Of a stretch of DNA of 64,000 nucleotides, positions 11,087-20,394 are shown piece by piece. Position numbers and translations under genes: made by a program. Source of the DNA: an uncultured Microthrixaceae bacterium (GTDB lineage: Bacteria > Actinomycetota > Acidimicrobiia > Acidimicrobiales > Microtrichaceae); the NCBI GenBank assembly GCA_963714875.1, contig CAVQQI010000010.1:320402-384401 (forward strand), read 5' to 3'. Under the pieces are notes generated by a model. The model was not told the origin of the DNA, searched no databases, and saw only the letters and a program-made list of their open reading frames with translations. Every line of letters starts with the position of its first letter. Positions within the stretch are counted from its first letter, which is position 1.

Positions 11087-12900
11087 CCCGCAGGTCGTTG
11101 ACCGAGCGCGGCGCCACCGGCTCACGGCCGGGATCGGCCGCGGCGGGGATCCAGGCGGCTGCCCAGATGCCCATGAGGGTGTGCAGCACCTCGGGGTCCT
11201 CGTCGTCGAACGCGATGCCGAGGCGGTGGGTGCCATCGGCCAGCGCCAACGAGGACCGCACCGTGGCACGGACGCGAAGCGGGGCGGAACGGTCGATGGG
11301 CCGCAGCAGCACCGAGGTGCTCGAGCCGACCTCTGCGGGTTACGCGACGCGCACGCCCATGCCGAGCGGACCGACGTCCAGCACCTCGAGCTCGTTGCCG
11401 CCCATCTGCACCTGCAGCTGAGATCCGACACGCGCCGAGCCTCGGCGCAGACGCTGGGGGATGATCACGCCGATCGCCCGCAGCAGCGGGACCGACACCA
11501 GCAGTGCGCCCGCGAGCAGCGCCATCTCGACGTCGCGCGGAGGGTCGGCCAACGGCCAGCCCAGCACCGACGACAGGGCGCGCGTCGCCAGGGCGACCTG
11601 CACTGCGACCGTGGCGACGAACGCGATGCCCAACGATCGACCGGCACCGGTCATGGGCCGTCCCGTCACAGCTGTGGCGAGCGAGGCGACCGAGGCGTCG
11701 ATCTCCTCGAACGCGCCGCGCACGGTGGCGGCGGGTCCCAGGCGACGGTCGGACAGCTCCCAGCGGATCAGGCCAGCGGCGCCGTGCAGTGCCACGCCCG
11801 CGATCAGCACCTGCCAGACCTCGACGCTGAACGGCAGCTCGCCGCTCAGCAGTGAGGCCACCAGCACCGCGAGCACGCCCAGCGCGACGGTCCCGCGCAG
11901 CGTGTCCATCGTCCGAGCCAGCGCCGCGGAGCGCATCCCTCGGGGGAGGTTGCGGCGCAGCAGGGCGCCGGGGCCGGCGGCGGCGGCTCGCAGCCGGTCA
12001 GCAGCGGCGGCCACCGGCTCGACCATGCGACTCGACTCGTGCCCGTTCAGCACCGCCAGCGACGTCGGGCTCCACGCACCGCGCCAGCCCTGGGTGATCA
12101 GCTGGTCGCCCAGCTGCGCGATCGACCCGGCGTCCGGGTCGAGCTGGGTGAAGGCCGCGCGACGGACCACCGACGCACCGACCGACCACGCGGCGATCCC
12201 CCGTGCCGAGTCGGCGGGTCCCACCAGGTCGTTGTCGGTCGAGTCCACGACGTTCGCGTTCGGGAGCACTGGTGGACATCGACTGCACCCAGGCGACCCG
12301 GCTGTCACGGAACTCCAGCTCGGTCAGGGAGAACATCTGCTCGTTCGCGACCGAGTCCGAGGTCAGGAGTCCGATCAGCTCTGCATCCGTGGCGGCGAGC
12401 GCAGCCGCCACGAGGACGGGGAGACCGCCCGAGGCGTCCGACGGCCCGATCTGCGCGGTCACCCGAGCAGCACCGAGGTCCTCGGCCAACACGTCGAGGT
12501 CGTGTCCGACGGGGCCGACCAGCAACAGCTCGGTCCGGCGGTCCACCCACGATGCGCTGAGCAGTGCCATGCGCACACGTGCCGGCTCCTGGTCGGTCAC
12601 CAACACAGCGACTGCCCGGCCGGCTCCGCCGCCGCCGTTCGCGACGCGGCCTGGCTCACGCACGCCGGTCGTCACGTCGGCCCCGGTCGCGTCATCGGCA
12701 TCGTTCGCACCAGCCGGCGCGGTGCGCCGGAGGAACATGGCCAGTCGGATCAGGGCGAAGAGCTCAGCTGCCAGGAACGGCCAGAACAGCCAGGGGTTCA
12801 CTCCCTCGGCAGTGCGCGTGACGCGCAGCACCGCCCAGGCGACAGCAACGATCAGCAGCGAGGCGCCGAGCAGCGCCCGAGGATTCTTCGGAGGGTTCAT
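11036..12900 (-). pseudogene. cellulose-synthase-like GT2 membrane protein with possible C-terminal PilZ-like segment, split over three reading frames
   Basis: Frame A (12900->11998): N-terminal TM helices plus a GT2-like core (AVAVLVTDQEP...LLLVGPVG...DSVANEQ). Frame B (12308->11340): TM helices plus QRLRRGSARVGSQLQVQMGGNELEVLDVGPLGMGV, with RxxxR...DxGxxG suggesting PilZ. Frame C continues LALADGTHRLGIAFDDEDPEV. Catalytic motifs look degenerate and boundaries are uncertain. Confidence 0.5.
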
Positions 12901-13016
12901 GCGGATCCTTCGCGACAGGGCACGGGGCTCCATCGGCCGAACCCCATGGCAATCGAGGAGTCCGCGACCCGGCAAGGCGCCGCAGCGGGCATCGGTGGCC
13001 GCGTATCGTTCGGACG

Positions 13017-13784
13017 ATGACCGCTGAGGCCCACCCGACCCCGATCGAGACCGCACGCCGCACGGCCCGGACGATCGGTGACCTGCCCGCCAACTTCATG
13101 CTCGACGGCGAGACCTACAAGGCCGCCGCCGAGGTCGGCTACGAGGGAATGGCCTTCTACTACGCCGGTCGTGCCGGCGTGCTCGGCGACGTCGACGCCG
13201 AGGTCGTCACCGAGGCGTTCGTGTTCTTCCCGCCGACCTCGATCGAGGTGGCCTGGACCTCGGCGGCCGCGATCGAGCCGCGAGACGCCAGCGCGCGGCG
13301 CTTCGCCGGTGCCCTGGCGACCTGGACCGACATGCACATGCCGGCTGGCGCACTCGACTACGCACGCCTGGCCGAGCTGCTGGGCATCGTGATCCGCGAG
13401 GCCGATCCCACCGGGGCGCCCGTGTTCGCCGGATGGAGGGTGTTGGACGAACCCGACGACCCGAGGGCACTGGCGCTGCACCGGCTCAACGCCCTGCGCG
13501 AGTTGCGTGCCGCTCGCCACGGGGTGGCGGTGCTGGAAGCAGGGCTCGCTCCGCTCGAGGCGGTCATGGTGAAGTCGCCCTTCATGGCGGATGTGTTCGG
13601 CTGGCCCGAACCCCGCCCCGAGCCCGACGAGGCGCTGCGTGCACGCTGGCAGGCCGCGGAGGACGAGACCGACCGCCGGTTCGCGGAGGACCTGGCCGCG
13701 CTGGACGGCGCCCAGCGCGCCGAGCTCGAGGAATTGCTGGACACGGCCCGACGGGCGCTGCGAGCCGGTTCGGCCGACAGGTAG
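13017..13784 (+). CDS. hypothetical cytoplasmic helical protein
   Basis: 255-aa ORF with strong GC3 bias and no TM segments. Diverges from the GT2-like gene start. Confidence 0.6.
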   Translation: MTAEAHPTPIETARRTARTIGDLPANFMLDGETYKAAAEVGYEGMAFYYAGRAGVLGDVDAEVVTEAFVFFPPTSIEVAWTSAAAIEPRDASARRFAGALATWTDMHMPAGALDYARLAELLGIVIREADPTGAPVFAGWRVLDEPDDPRALALHRLNALRELRAARHGVAVLEAGLAPLEAVMVKSPFMADVFGWPEPRPEPDEALRARWQAAEDETDRRFAEDLAALDGAQRAELEELLDTARRALRAGSADR

Positions 13785-13805
13785 ACCCGAACCCAGTCCC
13801 TGAAC

Positions 13806-15278
13806 TCAGTTCTCGATGGCGCCCGGGTCGCAGCCGGCACCCTGCGGTCGCGGGACACCACGCTGGTCAGATGCGGTGCTGCAGGGTCCGCCCGTGGCGT
13901 CGATGGCCGGGCTGCCCGGAGAGGGTGCACGGAACCAGGTCCCGCCCACCTCGGAGAGCGGGCCCAGCGCCGGCGGCGTCGGGCTCGCCGGCACGCCGCA
14001 GGTGCCGTCGGAGATGATCGAGTCGGTCACCACGAACGTGTTGCCGTTGGGCTCGCAGCTGGCGGGGCTGCCCTGCGGGTCCGAGATGATCGACGAGGTG
14101 ACCGTGACGGTCGTGCCGCCCCCGGCCCGCAGATCGATGTTGGCGCCACCACCCGGTGTCGCGGTGTTGTGGGCGATGGTCGACCCGGTGATGGTGAGGC
14201 TCGATGTGCCGTGAATGGCGATCCCGCCTGCGGCACGGTTCAGCTGGTCGCGGAAGGCGTAGGTGGCGACGTTGTCGGTGATGGTCGAGTCGATGATCCG
14301 GAAGTCGGCCACGCCGGCGAAGGCCGTCAGCGCTCCGGTGCGGCCGGTGTTCTGCACCATCGCGACCCGCTCGAGCACGAGCGAGCTGACCGATGAGCTG
14401 GCCCAGATCGCAGCGCCGGGACCGCCGCCCGAGTTGTTCTGTCGGAACACCGTGTCGGTCGCCGCGAGCGACGCGCCCTCCAACACGATCGCACCGCCGG
14501 AACCGTTGCCGTTGGCGACGAACTGCGAGTCGTCGATCGTGACCGAGCCGTCGTGGACCGACAACGCCCCGCCGTCGCCGCCGGTGTTCGACGTGAAGGT
14601 CGACCCGGTGATGCTGACCGCACCGAACGACGCGATCGCCCCGCCGGCGCGGTTGGCGGCGTTCGCCGAGAACTCCGAGTTGATGATGGTGGCGCCGCTG
14701 CGTGCCGACACGCCGCCACCCTCGACCGAGCCGCTGCCGATGGATCGGTTGTCGGTCACCTCGACGTCGTCCAGCACCAGCGGCCCGGAGGCGGTGATGC
14801 CGGCGCCGCGGGCGCAGTCGGGCTGGCCGTAGATCGAGATGCCGCACGGCAGCGGCGACTGCAGGCGTCCGCCGGTGACGACCAGACGCTCCAGCGTGAC
14901 CGTGGAGCCGCCGACCGACATGACCCTGGCGGGCGAGCACGTCTGGCGCACCCTGGCGCGGGCCGCGCCGTCGGTGGTCACGGTCAGCGCTCTGTTGCCG
15001 CCGTGGACGAGGGCTGGCTGACCGGTGCACCGCGTCAGCGCGTACTCGGCGCCCGAGCTGACCACGATGGTGGAGTCCGCGTTGTCGTTCGCTGCTGCGG
15101 TGAACGCCTCACGCAGCGAGATGACCCCGTCGGCGTTGTCCACCACGTCGACGGTGGTCGTCACGACGATGGTGGCGGGCGGACCCGGTGGGGTCGGCGC
15201 CGGAGCGCACCCGACGGCGACTGCGACGACGGCCGCTCCCAGGACCGCGACAACTCGACGCGTTCGTGTGGCGATCAT
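13806..15278 (-). CDS. lipoprotein with CSLREA N-terminal motif, right-handed parallel beta-helix repeats and choice-of-anchor-Q-like C-terminus
   Basis: Signal plus lipobox VAVAVGC. VISLREAF matches the CSLREA signature. Repeats follow the form T/S-x-F-x-x-N-x-A-x-x-GGAI. C-terminus GGPCSTASDQRGVPRPQGAGCDPGAIE. Confidence 0.8.
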   Translation of the reverse strand: MIATRTRRVVAVLGAAVVAVAVGCAPAPTPPGPPATIVVTTTVDVVDNADGVISLREAFTAAANDNADSTIVVSSGAEYALTRCTGQPALVHGGNRALTVTTDGAARARVRQTCSPARVMSVGGSTVTLERLVVTGGRLQSPLPCGISIYGQPDCARGAGITASGPLVLDDVEVTDNRSIGSGSVEGGGVSARSGATIINSEFSANAANRAGGAIASFGAVSITGSTFTSNTGGDGGALSVHDGSVTIDDSQFVANGNGSGGAIVLEGASLAATDTVFRQNNSGGGPGAAIWASSSVSSLVLERVAMVQNTGRTGALTAFAGVADFRIIDSTITDNVATYAFRDQLNRAAGGIAIHGTSSLTITGSTIAHNTATPGGGANIDLRAGGGTTVTVTSSIISDPQGSPASCEPNGNTFVVTDSIISDGTCGVPASPTPPALGPLSEVGGTWFRAPSPGSPAIDATGGPCSTASDQRGVPRPQGAGCDPGAIEN

Positions 15279-15430
15279 GGAAGCCCCCTCGTCATCGGTC
15301 CTCCGCCCGTGTCGCCAGTTGCTGCACGGGAGTGGGTCGAACCTGTCGGAACCCTAGCGACCCGGCTGGTGGCGTGACGTGCCCGGTCGCCGATCCCGGA
15401 GGTCGAACCTCGGCCTGTCGGCCGATCGGA

Positions 15431-15865
15431 TCAGTCGACCCTGCTGCTGAAGCGGCTCCTGAGCCACCCCCACCCGCCGGTGGACCACAGCGCCCACAGC
15501 ACCAGCAACGGCTGGAACCACAGCCGGACGAACCGCTGCGCATCGGTGTCCAGTCCGAACCCGTCGTTGCCCTCCAGGAACTGCGCGATGTTGCCCGGGA
15601 AGATCACGATGAAGAACCCGGCGACCACCACACCGACCACCGCCGATCGTCGCCGCCCGCTCAGGATCAGCGCCGCGCCCAGCAGCAGCTCGATGATGCC
15701 CGAGACGATCACCACCGCATCGGCGTCGACCGGGAACCACGACGGCACCTGGGCCTGGAACTCCTCGCGCTGCACCGTCAGGTGTCCGGTGCCCGCGACG
15801 ATCAGCGCCGCGCCCAGCGCCCAGCGGGCGACGCTGCGGACTCCGTCATGGTCGATTCGCTGCAT
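15431..15865 (-). CDS. small integral membrane protein (DoxX-like, 4 TM)
   Basis: 144 aa with four hydrophobic helices. Confidence 0.55.
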   Translation of the reverse strand: MQRIDHDGVRSVARWALGAALIVAGTGHLTVQREEFQAQVPSWFPVDADAVVIVSGIIELLLGAALILSGRRRSAVVGVVVAGFFIVIFPGNIAQFLEGNDGFGLDTDAQRFVRLWFQPLLVLWALWSTGGWGWLRSRFSSRVD

Positions 15866-15901
15866 GAGGCTCCTGTCCGGGGCGTCGGTGGCCGGTCGCG
15901 G

Positions 15902-16408
15902 TCAACAGCCGAGGAGGCCGCGTGCGTAGGCGGCCTGCCCGAGGTGCTGCAGCGAGTCGTCCGCGACGCTGATCAGCCGGACCCCGAGCGAGACCGGGGG
16001 GTCCCAGCGCTCATCGATGATCCGGTCCAGGTCGCCCTCGCTCAGCCCCGCCAGCATGTCGGCGGTGCGCTGCTGCACCTCGGCCAGATACGTCACGAGC
16101 ACGTCGGGTCCGTCGGGCCGCACTGCCGCCATCTGCTCCGCGTCGTGCCCGTAGCCGATGTTGTCCGGGTCCGGGGCCAGGCCGAACCGCTCCGCCAACC
16201 CGCCACGCAGCCACAGCTGGTCGCACTCCAGCAGTTCCGACACGTGGTGGTCCTGCACACGGGCCAGGTGCCACACGAGCCACCCGATGGTGTTGGCCCC
16301 CGGACGGGGCGATCGGGTCAGCTCCTCGGGCGTCAGCCCGTCGACGGCTGATTCGGCGAGCGGGGGGATCCGGCCATAGAGCTCGAGCAGCAGCGCGGCG
16401 ACGTCCAT
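15902..16408 (-). CDS. DinB/DUF664-family (mycothiol-transferase-like) four-helix-bundle protein
   Basis: MDVAALLLELYGRIPPLAESAVDGLTPEELTRSP...WLVWHLARVQDHH. Internal ATG at 16408 chosen as start. Confidence 0.6.
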   Translation of the reverse strand: MDVAALLLELYGRIPPLAESAVDGLTPEELTRSPRPGANTIGWLVWHLARVQDHHVSELLECDQLWLRGGLAERFGLAPDPDNIGYGHDAEQMAAVRPDGPDVLVTYLAEVQQRTADMLAGLSEGDLDRIIDERWDPPVSLGVRLISVADDSLQHLGQAAYARGLLGC

Positions 16409-16446
16409 GCCCCCAGTTGAGCAGACCCGCCGGCACCGGCGTGCGG

Positions 16447-16884
16447 CTACAGCTCGAAGAGGAGGTGGTGGGAGAGGTCGCCGGTCAGATCGACGATCAT
16501 CTCCCGCGACTCGAAGCACCACTCACCGTCCACACGGTGGAACGTGTCGTGGTACCGCCCCGCGATGATCGGCTGCAGCGGCAACTCGTCGGTCTGCTGG
16601 AACACCGTGTAGTACGAGCGTGCGGTGGCCGTGCCCGCCGGGCCGTCGACCCGGACCGCGACGTTGGTGGTGACGTGATGGGTGCGCGGGGTGCCGCTGT
16701 GGTGCAACCGGGTGGCGCTCTCGTACATGGAACGCACCTCGTCGGCCCCGACGAACTCCATCCCCGGCGCAGCCTGGAGACGCCCGTGCCGGAACAGTTC
16801 ACCGACGCCGGCCAGATCGCCGGCGTCGATGCGTTCGGCGTAGGCGTAGATCAGGTTCTCGACCTGCCGGGCGTCGTCGGACAT
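16447..16884 (-). CDS. SnoaL-like / NTF2-fold protein
   Basis: MSDDARQVENLIYAYAERIDAGDLAGVGELF... is a typical SnoaL_2 N-terminus. Internal ATG chosen as start. Confidence 0.6.
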   Translation of the reverse strand: MSDDARQVENLIYAYAERIDAGDLAGVGELFRHGRLQAAPGMEFVGADEVRSMYESATRLHHSGTPRTHHVTTNVAVRVDGPAGTATARSYYTVFQQTDELPLQPIIAGRYHDTFHRVDGEWCFESREMIVDLTGDLSHHLLFEL

Positions 16885-16939
16885 GGTCGGCGATGGTACC
16901 GGTGCGTGGTGGTGGCGCGTCCGGCGCAGCTGCGTCAGG

Positions 16940-17884
16940 ATGCCGGACATGGCAGCGCTGGGACCCGACTCGACCACCGACGACGTCCTGGACGGCGTCG
17001 ACCTCACCGACGTGACGGTGGTGGTGACCGGTACGTCGGCCGGGTTGGGGGTGGAGACCGCGCGGGCGCTGGCCGCTCACGGAGCGACGGTGGTCGGCGT
17101 GGTGCGTGACGTCGACAAGGCTCGCCGGGCGTTGGACGACGTGGGTGCTTCCGGCGTGCAGTTGTACGCCGGCGACCTGGGTTCGTTGGCCTCGGTGCGG
17201 GCCTGCGCGGACGCCATCGTGGCCGACCACGACCGCATCGACGCGGTGATCGGCAACGCCGGCATCATGGCGTGTCCGTTCGGGACGACCGAGGACGGGT
17301 TCGAGCTGCAGTTCGGCACCAACCACCTGGGCCACTTCGTGCTGGTCAACCGGCTCGTTCCGGCCCTGGTGCGCGGCGCACCGGCGCGGGTGGTGATGGT
17401 CTCCTCGGCCGGCCACGGCTTCTGCGACGTCAGCCTGGACGACCCGGGGTTCGAGCGCACCCCTTATGACCCGTGGCTGGGCTACGGCCGCTCCAAGACC
17501 GCCAACGTGCTGTTCGCGGTCGAGCTGGATCGTCGGCTGCGCGACCGTGGCGTGCGGGCCACGGCGCTGCACCCGGGCGGCATCATCACCGAGCTGGGCC
17601 GACACCTGACCGAGGAGTCGATGAACGCACTGGTCGAGGCCCGCGGCAGCACCGAGGTCACGTGGAAGTCGCCCCAGCAGGGGGCTGCCACCTCGGTCTG
17701 GGCAGCGGTCGTCGCGGACGCCGAGGAGGTCGGGGGCCGCTACTGCGAGGACTGCGCTGTCGCGCCGGTGATCGATGATCCGACCGAGTCCCCGGGCGTC
17801 ATGGGCTACGCGCTCGACCCGGAGACCGCCGCCGCGTTGTGGCGACTGTCCGAGGACATGGTCGGCGAGACGTACGGGTTCTGA
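16940..17884 (+). CDS. short-chain dehydrogenase/reductase (SDR) family oxidoreductase
   Basis: VVVTGTSAGLG Rossmann motif. Also holds the SDR catalytic-region motifs. Confidence 0.85.
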   Translation: MPDMAALGPDSTTDDVLDGVDLTDVTVVVTGTSAGLGVETARALAAHGATVVGVVRDVDKARRALDDVGASGVQLYAGDLGSLASVRACADAIVADHDRIDAVIGNAGIMACPFGTTEDGFELQFGTNHLGHFVLVNRLVPALVRGAPARVVMVSSAGHGFCDVSLDDPGFERTPYDPWLGYGRSKTANVLFAVELDRRLRDRGVRATALHPGGIITELGRHLTEESMNALVEARGSTEVTWKSPQQGAATSVWAAVVADAEEVGGRYCEDCAVAPVIDDPTESPGVMGYALDPETAAALWRLSEDMVGETYGF

Positions 17885-17958
17885 TCGACCGGTCGCTCTC
17901 GGGGTAGGAGTGCGGTCAGGCCGGCGGCGGGTGACATCACGGGGAACGAGGAGACACC

Positions 17959-18612
17959 ATGCGAGTCGCAGTCATCGGAGGACACGGGACGGTCGCCATG
18001 CTGCTGTCGCCCCGGTTGGTCGCGGCGGGCCACGAGGTGTCGTCACTGATCCGCGACCCCGACCAGAGCGATGAGGTCGCCGCGACCGGCGCGGTGCCGG
18101 TGGTCGCTGATGTCGAGCACCTGGACGTCGACGGCATCGCCGAGCGACTGGCCGGGCACGACGCAGTGGTGTGGTGCGCGGGTGCCGGTGGCGGCAACCC
18201 GGAGCGGACCTACGCGGTCGACCGTGACGCCGCCATCCGTTCGATGGACGCAGCCGCGTCGTCGGGCGTGCAGCGGTACGTGATGTTGTCCTACTTCGGT
18301 GCGGGAACGGACCACGGTGTGCCGGAGGACTCGAGCTTCTTCCCCTACGCCGAGGCGAAGGGCGCAGCCGATGCGCACCTGCGCGGCTCCGGGCTGGACT
18401 GGACGATCGTCGGGCCGAGCGCGCTCACCGACGAACCCGGCACCGGCATGATCGAGGTGGCGGGCGGTGACGGCGAGCTCGACGCCGGCAGCGTGGCCCG
18501 CGACGACGTCGCGGCGGTCATCGCCGCGGTGGTCGACAACCCCGGCACGGTTCGCTCCACGATCGAGTTCAACTCCGGATCCACGCCGATCGACCGGGCC
18601 ATCGCCGGGTGA
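17959..18612 (+). CDS. NAD(P)H-binding (atypical SDR / NmrA-like) oxidoreductase
   Basis: MRVAVIGGHGTVAMLL... with GxxGxxG at the N-terminus. 217 aa. Confidence 0.8.
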   Translation: MRVAVIGGHGTVAMLLSPRLVAAGHEVSSLIRDPDQSDEVAATGAVPVVADVEHLDVDGIAERLAGHDAVVWCAGAGGGNPERTYAVDRDAAIRSMDAAASSGVQRYVMLSYFGAGTDHGVPEDSSFFPYAEAKGAADAHLRGSGLDWTIVGPSALTDEPGTGMIEVAGGDGELDAGSVARDDVAAVIAAVVDNPGTVRSTIEFNSGSTPIDRAIAG

Positions 18613-18785
18613 AGCAGTTCGTTCTGGCGTCGGAGGGAGCTTGATGCCGCCGAACGCGTCCGTCCGGCCCACACCAGGAACAGCCGGCAAGTGTCACGTG
18701 GCCGATGATTCCGGCGCCGGCGTTCAGGCCGACCGACGAGGTGGCCACCGTGGTGTCGACGCCTGGCGTTGCATGTAGCGGACGT

Positions 18786-20161
18786 TCATCGCCATGCCGC
18801 CGAGCCTGCGGGGGCGACCTTGCTGGCGAACGAGGACGCGACCTGCGCGGCGGCGGTCGGCCCGCGGGCAGCCGGCTGGGCACGCGCCGAGGGTGGACAT
18901 CGTGGCGGCAGGTAGGTGCCGGCCGACGCCAGGAGGATCGGTACGAGCCAGTCCCAGTTGGCGTCCTTGACCTGGGTGACGATGCCGGGGAGGTCGGCGA
19001 ACTGCGGGATCAGGAAGTAGAAGACCGCCGCGAGCATGACGAGGGTGAAGATCTGCTTCGCGCCGAACCGGGTCACCGGCTCGAGTTCCGGCTCCTCGGC
19101 CTCGCAGCGCTGCTCGATCTCCGAGCGGACCTGTTCCAGCAGGCCCTTGTGGGCCTTGAGGTCGGTCTGGGTTGCACCGCTCAGGGCTGCGGGCTGAAGC
19201 CGACCGAGGCAGCTCGACGACGGCATCGGGCCCGAGGACCTCGATCGCGGGCGGACAGCGCGCTCTGCGCCGACCGCGACGGACAGAGGCGATCAGCTGT
19301 GCGACGTCCGCTCGCAGGAGTGTGTCGGATGCGGCGATCTCGGAGAACCCGAAGTCGATGAGCCACGGCTCGCCGTCGTCGGCGAGGAAGACGTTGGCCA
19401 AGCGGAGGTCGCGGTGTGCGATGCGGTACTGGCGGAGCATCGCCACCTGCTCCCAGAGGCCCACCAACACGTGGTCGGTGAGCTGGTCCTCGTCGACGCC
19501 GTCGAGCGAGCTGCCCTCGATGATGTCGTAGCAGAGCAGGAACGAGTCGTTGCCGACGGGTGCCACGCAGCGCAGGCGCGGCGTGCGAACCCGATGTCGC
19601 GCGCCTGGAGCGCGACCAGCGCCTCGTGCTCCACGGTTCGGCGCAGCGACGAGAACGGCCGCTCGTCGCCGACGTTGCGCAGGTGGACCATCCGGTAGAT
19701 CCGGAACAGCAGGTCTGCTGCCCGCTGGTCGGCGCCGAGGACCTTCGCGAACACTCGACTGCCGTCGTCGAGCGTGGCGAAGTAGGGAACCGAGCCACGT
19801 GCATCGACACTCGCCGGGTGAATTTCGGCGACCGGGATGCCGCTCGAGCGCAGCGCATCGATGATCGAGGAGAGTCGCGGTCGCGTGGTCGGTCGACCGA
19901 ACGCGAGCAACACGGCCGAGCCGATCGTCGCGACACGAACAGCACCAGCCCACGTGGGTCGAGGTGCCGAGGCCACACGAGGCGCATCACGATCATCGCG
20001 GTGACGGTCAACGCCCGGCTCGGCGCCACCGACGGCCGACGAACGGTGAGATCGTCACGAACGCCGCCACCAGGTGGGCGGACCCGACGACATCCGCGGT
20101 GACCCTCTCGCAGCAGCCTCTGTGGACGCGACCGACCACGACCGCGATCGACCACGACCAC
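18786..20161 (-). pseudogene. Kdo/WaaP-RIO-like kinase domain fused to a flippase-like (UPF0104/MprF-type) TM domain; frameshifted and C-terminally truncated
   Basis: Kinase motifs HRDLRLANVFL...PWLIDFGFSE sit in one frame. The N-lobe (VFAKVLG...) is in a second frame. The TM region LIPQFADLPGIVTQVKDANWDWLVPILLASAGTYL is in a third and stops after ~140 aa. Confidence 0.5.
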
Positions 20162-20257
20162 GATCGACCGGCCACGAACGCGACCTTGCCAGCGGTGCGG
20201 GCAGTGCGGAGCGAGGGTGTGTCAGTTCTGGGGGCCGAGCCGTCAGGCTGTCGCAGC

Positions 20258-20277
20258 TGCGACGGATTCCGTCACCT
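20258..20277. promoter_or_regulatory. second copy of the TGCGACGGATTCCGTCACCT motif (palindrome core 20261-20273)
   Basis: Exact 20-nt match to 115-134. Sits in the intergenic space upstream of the minus-strand kinase-like gene. Confidence 0.35.
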
Positions 20278-20394
20278 CTGCGCCAGCCCGGCGTGACCTG
20301 GAGCCCCGCGGCTTCGCCGGACGCCGCCGGAACTCCCGCCGCCGAGCTCCAGCGGTTCGCTCGCGCCACCCGGACGTCCCGCCGCGCGGACCGG

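Noticed and set aside
11140-11312. N-terminal 58 aa of the 2018-aa ORF (MLLRPIDRSAPLRV...) as the adhesin start
   Set aside because: This stretch reads like the tail of the upstream PilZ-like domain. A signal peptide appears only after a GTG at 11086, so the adhesin start was moved.
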